A stretch of DNA of 64,000 nt from Candidatus Altimarinota bacterium (GCA_046314355.1 JBKBWQ010000001.1:1120001-1184000), one strand, 5' to 3'. Positions 20,110 to 28,920 are shown, numbered from the stretch's first letter. Numbers and translations: made by a program. The notes: a model not told the origin generated them from the letters alone.

Positions 20110-20565
20110 TTATTCTCTGATTTTCTTTGCTAATTCTGCTAATACAGCATCGTCTGCACGTACATGATCATGAGAAGAAATATATCCTTCATACTGATCA
20201 AAATACTTATTAACATTTGAGTGAACAGGTTGCCAATCTTTCACCAAATGCTTTGTTCCATGCATTGGGAAAAGCTTTGCGTGTATGTGGTCAACTCCGA
20301 ACCCTTCAAATATAAGTCCAGTTCTACCTACATCTTCAAGTTTACTGTCTAATAATCTTCCTACTTGCTTTGCAGCCAGTACAAGATCTGAGATAGTGTT
20401 ATCTTCAAGATCAAACAAATAACTAGAATAGTGCTGTTTAGGAATGACTACACTAAATCCTTGTGTATTAGGAAAGATAGTGAGAAAGGCAATGTGCTTT
20501 TCATCTTCCCAAATTTTATGACTAGGTATTTCTCCTTTAACAATTTTACAAAAAAGACAATCCAT
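20110..20565 (-). CDS. HIT family nucleotide hydrolase (HxHxK variant)
   Basis: MDCLFCKIVKGEIP, P...G..VVIPK.H, GVDHIHAKLFP. Confidence 0.9.
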   Translation of the reverse strand: MDCLFCKIVKGEIPSHKIWEDEKHIAFLTIFPNTQGFSVVIPKQHYSSYLFDLEDNTISDLVLAAKQVGRLLDSKLEDVGRTGLIFEGFGVDHIHAKLFPMHGTKHLVKDWQPVHSNVNKYFDQYEGYISSHDHVRADDAVLAELAKKIRE

Positions 20566-20624
20566 GACTAATATAAGGAAATAGTTACTCCTCGTAGAGT
20601 ATATTATGAAGAATAAATAAGTAC

Positions 20625-20665
20625 AAAAAATAACTCAATGAGTTATTTAAGTGGTGCCACAGGGC
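20625..20665 (-). other. Degenerate tRNA 3'-end copy (att-like relic) followed by terminator hairpin
   Basis: Minus strand GCCCTGTGGCACCA (11/14 to tRNA-Phe 3' end GCCTCGCGGCACCA) then AAATAACTCA-T-TGAGTTATTTTTT. Confidence 0.6.
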
Positions 20666-20715
20666 AGCAGGGTTATTTTTTATTCAGGATTTCAATTTCA
20701 GTGCGGAAAAGACGA

Positions 20716-20770
20716 TATGTGAAGGATACACCGAAGGGTAGATTTTGTATGGGTGAGGTATATATTGAGG
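20716..20770 (+). repeat. Degenerate 55-bp repeat, copy B
   Basis: 44/55 identical to 19925-19979; shared block at 20793-20806. Confidence 0.75.
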
Positions 20771-20963
20771 TAATAAAGTGATACTAACGAATGGGCGGAA
20801 TTATTCTGATAAATATTCAGGGTGAAAAATCTTTAACTGAGAAACTGTGGGATTACATGAATATCATTGATAACATACTCTCTGATAAAGTCCAAGAATA
20901 CATTTACCGCACATTTCACTGTTTTTTTTAAGCTTCAAATTACTAAAGATGATCATTGAAAAT

Positions 20964-20992
20964 TTGACAAAATATACATTAATATTTATATT
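20964..20992 (+). promoter_or_regulatory. Sigma70-type promoter for the 431-aa repeat protein
   Basis: TTGACA-17 bp-TATATT; SD-like GAGGAG just upstream of ATG 21099. Confidence 0.65.
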
Positions 20993-21098
20993 GCTATGTC
21001 TTCATTGGCAATGAACAATCATTTGCTTTCAATGAAGCAAAGGGGTTCTTTTACAATAAGATAGTAAAACAAACGAAATAGTATAAGAGGAGAAAAAC

Positions 21099-22394
21099 AT
21101 GAGTGAAGTATTTTCAAAAGTAATGACTGCAATTGCAGTCAAAGTGAATGAGGTAACAAATTCAGTTAACGTTGAAAGCAACCTACAGTTATTTGTTGAA
21201 TACATAAATAACTTTAGACTATGCACAGACGAATCTGATGTATTGAAGCGTGAAATTCCAGGTCTAGTAGAAATTTATCTAAAAGAGGAAGTTCATGTTC
21301 CGATTATAGATTTTCCTGAGCACCACAGAGATTATAAAATGAATCTTGATGAAAGTTTTTGGTCACTTCCTGAAAAACAAAGATTAGTGAAACATAATGA
21401 TCTTCTTTCAGGAGAGACACGCGGTTCACATCTGGAAGGTCAATTTGGAGTTTCAATTTCTCCGGGACTAATTGCTGTGTTTTCAAGCGATGAAATAAAA
21501 GCTGAAGATAATACTTTTCCTCAAGGTGACTTAGAAAGTATAGAAAATAGGCAGGCATTTATCAGATTTTTATTTTTACATGCCTTGAAGAGCAGGATTA
21601 TCGGACATTTATCTTGTCTATATCCTGGACAGAAGATGATAAGTACTATTTTAAAAGGTACTCTGAAATTGCGGGCAGTTTTTTCCTTATACGTTCTTCT
21701 GCACTCTAAATATATATATGAGTATAAAGGGTTTGAAGGACAGAGACGGCTTGTGAAAGATGTTGATGCTGAACATCTTGGACATTTGTTTACTATTAGT
21801 TCTTTATTCGGCAAAACAACTGTTCTTGGTTGGAAATCAGTAAATTCTGCAAGCAATCATGTAACAAAGATTGAAGAACTTATAAAAAACAGTAACTTAG
21901 AGTACAAAGGGTTCGAAGGTTATTTAAGACTCGCAAAGGAATGCGGCAATCTAAACTTGAAAATAGTATATCAAGTGGTGAGTTCAATGGATAAAGTAAA
22001 AGAACTAGGTTGGCAGAAGATTGAACTTCCGTATAAGGTTGCAGCATCAGCAAGAGCAAAGCTCCTTTTGCCTGATTTAAAAGAGTACATTGGTTTTGAT
22101 GGACTAATCCGTTTAGCGACAGAGGTTAATACTGAATACATTATCGAACTTGCGAAAGTTGCGAACTGTTTAGGTGTGAACACTGAGCTTGGGTGGAAAC
22201 AAATCCATCTAACAAGAACCATAGCAGAAAGCATAGCAAAAGAGATTAGAAAAAACCCATCTCAATTTAGGGGTGAAGAGGGACTGCGTACTCTACAAAA
22301 GATCTTTAATGTCAAACAACCTACATATATTTTACCTCTCGGCACTATGTTGGATGAAGATTTGGGTTGGAGTGGGCTTTATTCTATTCGGTAA
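21099..22394 (+). CDS. Hypothetical protein with four ~60-aa tandem repeats (EYxGFxG...LGW)
   Basis: 431-aa ORF with promoter, SD and terminator; repeats start at 21720, 21900, 22083 and 22263. Confidence 0.85.
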   Translation: MSEVFSKVMTAIAVKVNEVTNSVNVESNLQLFVEYINNFRLCTDESDVLKREIPGLVEIYLKEEVHVPIIDFPEHHRDYKMNLDESFWSLPEKQRLVKHNDLLSGETRGSHLEGQFGVSISPGLIAVFSSDEIKAEDNTFPQGDLESIENRQAFIRFLFLHALKSRIIGHLSCLYPGQKMISTILKGTLKLRAVFSLYVLLHSKYIYEYKGFEGQRRLVKDVDAEHLGHLFTISSLFGKTTVLGWKSVNSASNHVTKIEELIKNSNLEYKGFEGYLRLAKECGNLNLKIVYQVVSSMDKVKELGWQKIELPYKVAASARAKLLLPDLKEYIGFDGLIRLATEVNTEYIIELAKVANCLGVNTELGWKQIHLTRTIAESIAKEIRKNPSQFRGEEGLRTLQKIFNVKQPTYILPLGTMLDEDLGWSGLYSIR

Positions 22395-22415
22395 AAAAAT
22401 AAATTAAAATTATTC

Positions 22416-22445
22416 AGCCACTGACCATGATCAGTGGCTTTTTTT
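22416..22445 (+). terminator. Intrinsic terminator
   Basis: AGCCACTGA-CCATGA-TCAGTGGCT-TTTTTT. Confidence 0.85.
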
Positions 22446-22578
22446 CTTGAAAATAATGTACATATAAATCTGATTTAAACGCCAAGGCACCTATTGCTAT
22501 ATCTAACGTATATGTAAAAAAGCCTTCTAATTACGAAGTACTTCATACTAACTACTCAAATTTTCGATAGAAAATTTA

Positions 22579-22653
22579 TGGTGCCGCGAGGCGGGATCGA
22601 ACCACCGACACAAGGATTTTCAATCCTCTGCTCTACCACTGAGCTACCGCGGC
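22579..22653 (-). tRNA. tRNA-Phe (GAA)
   Basis: GCCGCGGTAGCTCAGTGGTAGAGCAGAGGATTGAAAATCCTTGTGTCGGTGGTTCGATCCCGCCTCGCGGCACCA; cloverleaf, encoded CCA. Confidence 0.97.
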
Positions 22654-22727
22654 ATACGTACTGCATGGTGTTACATGCTTTTGTATTATAAGGACAGAGG
22701 CCCGAAAGGCAATAGAAAATTTTCCTA

Positions 22728-23612
22728 TCAGAGATCAAACCATGTCTCTTTGAGGCTTACTCCTCGTTTGTGTACTCTTCTCGCATGATAGAACATGTAC
22801 TGCTGTACCCAGCCTGCATATTTTCCAAAGTGTGTATCATTAAATGCTCTCAGACTCTCGTAGCTTGCAGTTTCCTTTGTCCCATACAGATCATGCATTA
22901 ACCTTCTTATCCACGTATCGTAGGGCACTAAAGTATCTCTTGCATAGGAAAACACTAGGATGCAGTCTGCGACTTTCCCGCCAATGCCGTGAAATTCAGT
23001 GAGAACTGTGATAGCTTCTTCATCTGACATACTCTCCAGGTCTGCTAAAACTGCAGGATTGTCTACAATTCTTTGTGCAGCTCTCTGAATGTAGACATCA
23101 CGGTATCCAACTTTACAAAGAGATATGTCTTTAAGTGAGGCATTTGCAAGACTTTCGGCACTGGGGAATAAAAAGTATGATCCGATCTCTGTGTCTAGTT
23201 TTTGACCAAACCGCTCACAGAGGGACTCTATGCATTGCTGGATATGTAGAAAATGTTTATTTTGAGAAATAATAAATGAAACTAATATTTCCCAATGATC
23301 CTGCTCTAGAAGCCATAGTTTGCCAGTACTTTCTACTGCGTGAGTACTGAATATATCACGTTTTAACGAAGATGAGAGCGCGTCTATATCGACATCAATT
23401 CTAAAAAGTCTATACACTAAATCTCTCTGATCATAGACGGGATAGGTTTGAAAATAGATCTTTTCTCTTTTCTGCTGCAGTAAAATCACCGTGCTACGGT
23501 GCACGATAGTATATGTGTCTACTGTATCTTGATACGGATGCATTCTAAAGATTTGTCCGGACAGAGAAAGAGTTTTTAGATCGATATATGGTGAATTGGG
23601 CAAAATGTGCAT
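22728..23612 (-). CDS. 8-oxoguanine DNA glycosylase (OGG1-like, HhH-GPD)
   Basis: SGQIFR, QDHWEILVSFIISQN, GYRD.YI, HhH GIGGKVADCI, VPYDTWI, AGWVQQYMF. Confidence 0.9.
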   Translation of the reverse strand: MHILPNSPYIDLKTLSLSGQIFRMHPYQDTVDTYTIVHRSTVILLQQKREKIYFQTYPVYDQRDLVYRLFRIDVDIDALSSSLKRDIFSTHAVESTGKLWLLEQDHWEILVSFIISQNKHFLHIQQCIESLCERFGQKLDTEIGSYFLFPSAESLANASLKDISLCKVGYRDVYIQRAAQRIVDNPAVLADLESMSDEEAITVLTEFHGIGGKVADCILVFSYARDTLVPYDTWIRRLMHDLYGTKETASYESLRAFNDTHFGKYAGWVQQYMFYHARRVHKRGVSLKETWFDL

Positions 23613-23695
23613 GACTGTGTCTATAAATTTCTTTTGAAATGTCGCATACCAAGAGTATAGTTGATCTACAAATTACTTCAATTACTTAAAAGTTC

Positions 23696-24166
23696 ATGAA
23701 AGAATTAGCTGTAGGTGATAGAGCTCCAGAATTTACTCTTCCTTCGGAGGATGGAAGTGAGATTTCATTAGCGGATTTTAAAGGAAAAAATGTAGTGCTC
23801 TATTTTTACCCAAAGGATCTGACACCTGGATGTACCACTGAGGCTTGTGATTTTAGAGATAATGTTGAAAGACTTCAGGGAGAAGATACTCAGGTACTTG
23901 GTGTAAGTAAAGATAGTGTTAAGATGCATACAAAATTTATTGAAAAGCATCAGTTGAATTTTCCTTTACTTGCTGATGAGGAGGGGAAGGTGTGCGACAT
24001 GTATGGGGTATGGAAGGAGAAGAGTATGTATGGACGGAAGTACATGGGTATAGAGCGGTCTACGTTCTTGATAGATAAAGAAGGGATACTTCAAGGTGTC
24101 TGGAGAAAAGTAAGTGTCACAGGGCATGTAAAGACAGTATTGGAAGCAGTGAAAACTTTGAAATAG
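23696..24166 (+). CDS. bcp: Thioredoxin-dependent peroxiredoxin Bcp/PrxQ
   Basis: YFYPKDLTPGCTTEACDFRD; GIERSTFLID. Confidence 0.96.
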   Translation: MKELAVGDRAPEFTLPSEDGSEISLADFKGKNVVLYFYPKDLTPGCTTEACDFRDNVERLQGEDTQVLGVSKDSVKMHTKFIEKHQLNFPLLADEEGKVCDMYGVWKEKSMYGRKYMGIERSTFLIDKEGILQGVWRKVSVTGHVKTVLEAVKTLK

Positions 24167-24175
24167 TTTTCATAT

Positions 24176-24205
24176 AAAAAAGCGCTCTCATAAGAGCGCT
24201 TTTTT
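24176..24205. terminator. Bidirectional intrinsic terminator
   Basis: AAAAAAGCGCTCT-CATA-AGAGCGCTTTTTT. Confidence 0.9.
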
Positions 24206-24220
24206 ATTATGTAACTTATC

Positions 24221-25855
24221 TTAGAACTGCCATGCTCTAAAGAAATCAATATCTAAGGTGCGACCACTCGTAGTAGAGTTAATCTTCATCATTGTAGTAA
24301 GGTTTGTACTTGGGATATTGGTTGTACTTGATCCACAGCTTGTCCATGTAATACCATCGGAGACGTCGCTATCAATATAAAAACGTACATCTGTAGTGCT
24401 AACCACTTCTATTTTTAATAGTGCGAATTGTGAGGTTGAAACTGCTACGCCGCAAGATACATTTGTTGATGTAGATGCACTACGAGTTACACCTGTCCAG
24501 TTTGTACCATCATTATTGGTAAAGAAAATTCCGTTTGCTGGAGGATTAGCACTTCCTGCCGCATCATCTCCAATACCTACCCAAAGATCATCATTTGCAC
24601 TTACGTTTGAAGGCTTCACCTTCATAAGAATAATGGGTAAGTTTGATCTATTAAAAATTAGATGTGCATTACCAGCTGTCGCACTTGAAAGATATGCAAG
24701 ACAACTTGTATTATTTGCTCCTAGGGCTATTCTTCCAATTCCGTTTACAGTATCGTCTAGTACAGAGAATACGCAGTTATTTGCTTCATCTATAGCAAAA
24801 GCTTGTATATCTCCCCATGCGAGAGCTGCATCCGCATTAAGATCCGCTCGCTCTCTCATAAATTCTTCACCGACATATGAATTTCGCTGTAGAACTGAGC
24901 CTATCTCGCTATATGCTCCGCCGGTAGAAGAAAGATCATTAATTAGCATCATATTGTTCCCTGAAGTATCCAGAAGAGACATATTAACGTTGTCTGGAAC
25001 TGCAATTGTTACATTTGCATCATTAAATCGGATATCACGATCAAACCCTGTTCCAATATTGATACCTTCTTCAGTGGAGCTTGTGCCAGTAACGTTTGCA
25101 ATATTTATACCCCGTATAGTATCACCAGCATCACCTGAAGGAGTTACTGCTATATTCAGTCCTGCTCCGGTGATGTTTGCCACGTTGGTACTTTGTGTGT
25201 AGTTTAAAGTAGACGTATTTGCGGAAGCTGTGCTTGCAGCCGATGTTACAGTGAATCTGTCAGTAAGAGATGTGGTATTTACTCCTACGAGACCTCCAGC
25301 ACTGATTCTCATTGCTTCGCTTCCACCTGTTTCGAATAGTAGTGGAAAAGCATCATTCGTGCCGAAGGTGGCGTTTGTGCCAAAACTATTTCCATTTTGT
25401 ATAAATGCAGTATTAGATGTAGTGATCGGATAATATGTGCCTCCATTATTATTCATTTCCCATTGGAGAGTACTAGCATTGTAACGGATAGTTCCTGCCG
25501 CGCCGACTCCTTGATTTGCCACAATGCTTACATTTGACGCAGCTCCTACATTGTCAGCATCTAAGGTAAATACATTTCCATTGATACCTAATGTACCATT
25601 TACTGCTAGATTATTACTAAGAATGAATTTTGATGTAGTAATATCCCAGGTAAGTGTCTGGTTTGCCGTTTGTCCAAATTTAAGAGTAATGCTTCCTGTT
25701 GCATTACCATCACTATCTATTACTGCATTTTCCCCTTCATTGCTTAAAAATTCATTAGTAAAAATGATCACAGCATGTGCTTGAGGAATGAGAAAAAAAA
25801 CAGTTAAAAGGACTGTTGCAAGTCTTCTTAAATAACGAGGAATAAATTGATTCAA
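24221..25855 (-). CDS. Secreted phage-tail-fibre-like/adhesin-like protein (paralogue 1)
   Basis: Signal peptide ending AHA; GTIRYNA...WE, FIQNGNSFG..ATFGTND..PL.FETGG.E.MRISAGG.VGVNT fibre-shaft motifs; C-terminal beta-sandwich ending LDIDFFRAWQ; TTG start. Confidence 0.65.
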   Translation of the reverse strand: MNQFIPRYLRRLATVLLTVFFLIPQAHAVIIFTNEFLSNEGENAVIDSDGNATGSITLKFGQTANQTLTWDITTSKFILSNNLAVNGTLGINGNVFTLDADNVGAASNVSIVANQGVGAAGTIRYNASTLQWEMNNNGGTYYPITTSNTAFIQNGNSFGTNATFGTNDAFPLLFETGGSEAMRISAGGLVGVNTTSLTDRFTVTSAASTASANTSTLNYTQSTNVANITGAGLNIAVTPSGDAGDTIRGINIANVTGTSSTEEGINIGTGFDRDIRFNDANVTIAVPDNVNMSLLDTSGNNMMLINDLSSTGGAYSEIGSVLQRNSYVGEEFMRERADLNADAALAWGDIQAFAIDEANNCVFSVLDDTVNGIGRIALGANNTSCLAYLSSATAGNAHLIFNRSNLPIILMKVKPSNVSANDDLWVGIGDDAAGSANPPANGIFFTNNDGTNWTGVTRSASTSTNVSCGVAVSTSQFALLKIEVVSTTDVRFYIDSDVSDGITWTSCGSSTTNIPSTNLTTMMKINSTTSGRTLDIDFFRAWQF

Positions 25856-25883
25856 TTTAGAAAGTTATTATGAATTATTTATT

Positions 25884-26876
25884 CTAAAGTTTTTTTACCT
25901 GTTCTAGAATATCATTCGCTCTGGATTTTACATGATTTGCTACACTAGTAATCTCAGCATAGACAGCTATTGCTTCGTCAGCTTTGGCGATTGCCTTCTT
26001 TGCATAATCCTCAGCCATAGCCTTATCTTTTTGTACACCTGCAATAAATGCAGTAATCACCATATCGTATGCTTTGGCAAGCTTAGCAGCACCAAGAACT
26101 ACATTATTTGAAGGTAAGATTTTGTATGCCTGCTGAGTGAAGTCAACTGCAAGCTCTGAACTACGCTTAGCATGGATAATATCTGAAGCATTCATAAATA
26201 CTTCAATCTGAACCATCTCTGCTTCACTCTGTGATATCAAAAACTGCACATCTGTGCCCTTAAGCATGATAGTCAGCAGGTAGAGAATCTCCGCTACTTC
26301 TCCGCGAGAGAGCTCCTTCGTCGGCAGGAGATTTCCCTGAGCATCCTTAATGAGAAGTCCGGATGAACCTGCAAAGTTCATGTAAGCATTATACCAGGCG
26401 TCTGTAGGGACGTCAGGGTAGAGAGCTTTGCCCTTCCAGTTATCTGCCTTGAAAGTATTGGCTATCAATACCATTTTCAAAAACTCTGCACGTGAGACAG
26501 TCTTTCCTGGTAAAAAAGTACCATCTGGATTTCCGCTTACGATACCAAGCTCTTTTCCTTTTGTTACATACTTAGCAAACCAATCCGTTGATGCTACGTC
26601 CTTAAAATTTGAAGCTGTATTTGCATCATCAGTTTTTATTGCTGCACCTTCGATAATAATTTTCAGTGCCTCTGCCTTATTGAGAATCTTTTCAGGCTTA
26701 AATGTGCCGTCGCTGTATCCTTTAAAGATACCTTGTTTAACTAAATAGCGTATGGCTACATTATTGGGATGTGTTTCAGGAGTATCTGAAAAGATACTTT
26801 CAGCAGCAAGTACCTGTGTAGTGGTTGAAACGGTAAATACCGCAAGAATACTTAGACTTAGGAAAAATTTGTTCAT
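25884..26876 (-). CDS. SLH (S-layer homology) domain protein with helical C-terminus
   Basis: Signal peptide; three SLH repeats (FSD...GYSDGTFKP...NKAE; FKDV...GNPDGTF.PG..VSRAE; YPDV...LSRGE). Confidence 0.9.
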   Translation of the reverse strand: MNKFFLSLSILAVFTVSTTTQVLAAESIFSDTPETHPNNVAIRYLVKQGIFKGYSDGTFKPEKILNKAEALKIIIEGAAIKTDDANTASNFKDVASTDWFAKYVTKGKELGIVSGNPDGTFLPGKTVSRAEFLKMVLIANTFKADNWKGKALYPDVPTDAWYNAYMNFAGSSGLLIKDAQGNLLPTKELSRGEVAEILYLLTIMLKGTDVQFLISQSEAEMVQIEVFMNASDIIHAKRSSELAVDFTQQAYKILPSNNVVLGAAKLAKAYDMVITAFIAGVQKDKAMAEDYAKKAIAKADEAIAVYAEITSVANHVKSRANDILEQVKKL

Positions 26877-26945
26877 ATGTGAATACAGCAGAGGTATAAT
26901 CCAATATAACTTAACACTACTGGTATTAAAAATAAATCATAAATA

Positions 26946-26982
26946 AAAACGCATCTTGCATGATTGTCTACAAGATGCGTTC
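26946..26982 (-). terminator. Intrinsic terminator after paralogue 2
   Basis: AACGCATCTTG...CAAGATGCGTT stem, A-run on the left. Confidence 0.75.
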
Positions 26983-27003
26983 TATGTATATACTCACTAA
27001 GGA

Positions 27004-28749
27004 TTAGTTTGTATAAGCGAGGTTCACATATCCAACCTGTGCAAGAGAACTGGCTGTACTGTTGTCAAAGAGCTTTGCTCTAATTTCTACCACATCACCT
27101 GCGTCAAGTGCTGTACTTCCAGTACATCCTGTGGTAATAGTAGCCGCTGCTATAGTACCTGTTGCCCATGCATTATTTGAGAAGTTACCTGTACTTGTTC
27201 CGCAAGATGTAGGTGCTCCTGTTGTAAGATCTGTTGCGTTCAAGATAGAGAAGTCAACAGCATTATTAGTTGCTGCATTGAGACCCGTCTTGTATCGGAA
27301 TGTAAATGCACCCGTTGTCTTATAGTCTGCCGGAAGAGTCATTCTGAAACGTACTTCAATATCCTGTAGAACTCCCTTGGTAGAGCTCCAATCATAGTAA
27401 TGTTCATTTACGTTTGATGCAGAATCATAATCTGCAGAAAGAGTACCGTTGTTGTTTGTTCCATCCTTAAATATGATCTGATCTGGATACTCTGGGTCTT
27501 TTCTTAAATTACTTGCTGCTCCAGAAGATCGCTTCCATGTACCTGGGGTACCAGTTGCAGTACAGATGTATATTGCCTTTGTTGTTGTATCAAGAGCAAT
27601 TTCATTAACTGTTGTACATGCTGCGGCGGTAATACTTGCTACCTCTCTCATTCTTTGCGAAGAAGTACCTGAGAAATTCACTGTACCAGTAGAAGTAATA
27701 CCTGTAAGTCCGCTTGCGACACCGGCTCCAGTGATATTCCATGTGGAACTTGAGATACTTACCTGATCTTCCGCTGTGATTGCAACGTTACCCTGACCAG
27801 CGCCAGCATTTGTTGCAGCGATGCTCATTGCGAGGTTTGATGCACTGTTACCAGTAAGTGTAAGATTTGAATTATCTGAAGATGTTGATGAAAATGCTCC
27901 TGAATTGAATGTAAGATTTCCTGTTCCTGCGGCAATTGAGAATGCCTGGTTACCTGTTGTTAATGTCTTATCAGCATCTTTTGCGAATACACTTTCAAAA
28001 TCCTGAGGACCAGCTGTTGAAAATGTATTTGTTGCAGTACAGAGCTGAAGTGTATTTGATGTTGTATTGTAGAAAGCATCACCTACTATACATGTTCCTG
28101 GATTTGCTGCTCCTGATGGAAGTGCCAATCTTGTTGCTCCGCTAAGATCTGCTACACCATTTACATCTAAAGTTGTACCTGCGTCCGTAGTAAGAGTACC
28201 ACTTGTATAGGATGTAGATGTATCGCTTCTAAGAAACTGAGATGCTGTCAGACCACCGAGAGTACTTGCATCACCCGCAGGCAATGTTCCCCATGTAGCC
28301 GCACCTGCAATACCTGTAGCCGTACATATTTCTATCCGGTTTGAGGTAGTATTGACGATGAGTTCATTTAAAGTCGTACATGCTGCACTTGTAGTTGGAT
28401 TTGCGCTTTCACGGATTCTTGTTTGAGATGCTCCTGAGAAATTTACAGAACCTGTTGCTGAAAGACCTCCTGTGATATCTACAGTGTGATCAATCAGGAA
28501 TTTATCATTCGTGATATCCCAGGTAATGTTACCATTCTCAGATGCCGTAGAGTCATTACCAAATTTTATTGATGTATTTTGTGCGCCGGTTCCTAATGCA
28601 TCAAGCTGCAGATTTGGAGATTCCATAATGAAGAAAGTATCATTCTGGAATATAATAGCCGCTGATGCTGAGTCGAGAGGAGAAGCAAGAGTGACGGCCA
28701 TCACTGCTAGCACTCCGATAGTTTTGAGTAACCGGTTTTTTGTATTCAT
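27004..28749 (-). CDS. Secreted phage-tail-fibre-like/adhesin-like protein (paralogue 2)
   Basis: Signal peptide ending ASA; DASTLGGLTASQFLRSD fibre-like motif; three Cys-pair modules C....E/D...(N/D)TT.....ICTAT. Confidence 0.65.
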   Translation of the reverse strand: MNTKNRLLKTIGVLAVMAVTLASPLDSASAAIIFQNDTFFIMESPNLQLDALGTGAQNTSIKFGNDSTASENGNITWDITNDKFLIDHTVDITGGLSATGSVNFSGASQTRIRESANPTTSAACTTLNELIVNTTSNRIEICTATGIAGAATWGTLPAGDASTLGGLTASQFLRSDTSTSYTSGTLTTDAGTTLDVNGVADLSGATRLALPSGAANPGTCIVGDAFYNTTSNTLQLCTATNTFSTAGPQDFESVFAKDADKTLTTGNQAFSIAAGTGNLTFNSGAFSSTSSDNSNLTLTGNSASNLAMSIAATNAGAGQGNVAITAEDQVSISSSTWNITGAGVASGLTGITSTGTVNFSGTSSQRMREVASITAAACTTVNEIALDTTTKAIYICTATGTPGTWKRSSGAASNLRKDPEYPDQIIFKDGTNNNGTLSADYDSASNVNEHYYDWSSTKGVLQDIEVRFRMTLPADYKTTGAFTFRYKTGLNAATNNAVDFSILNATDLTTGAPTSCGTSTGNFSNNAWATGTIAAATITTGCTGSTALDAGDVVEIRAKLFDNSTASSLAQVGYVNLAYTN

Positions 28750-28857
28750 GGTGTGTGTAGATATAAAGTTGCCTCAAGCTTGACGAAATTTTAACCTTTT
28801 ATGATGTTTTTTACTCCGTTTTCTGCTCTTGACATCATATAATAACATGAGTTGATC

Positions 28858-28906
28858 AAAAAAACACGTTTTTTCTATGACTTTTTTAGAAAATACGTGT
28901 TTTTTA
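28858..28906. terminator. Probable intrinsic terminator after sod
   Basis: AAAAAACACGT.TTTTCTA...TAGAAAA.ACGTGTTTTTT. Confidence 0.65.
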
Positions 28907-28920
28907 TTTTTCATCCTTAA

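Noticed and set aside
20791-20958. Small ORF MGGIILINIQGEK... inside the islet
   Set aside because: About 55 codons, no SD and no recognisable motif; probably part of the decayed gene remnant, so not called as a CDS.
22556-22738. 60-aa ORF
   Set aside because: It is a translation of the tRNA-Phe sequence (GSSVVEQRIENPCVGGSIP).
24396-25202. 268-aa + strand ORF
   Set aside because: Antisense shadow of the Thr/Ala/Asn-rich fibre gene; no motifs. The same applies to the many 60-170-aa ORFs antisense to or nested in the large genes.
24221-28749. Prophage tail region
   Set aside because: The fibre-like proteins have Sec signal peptides, are flanked by bcp and sod, and no other phage genes are present.
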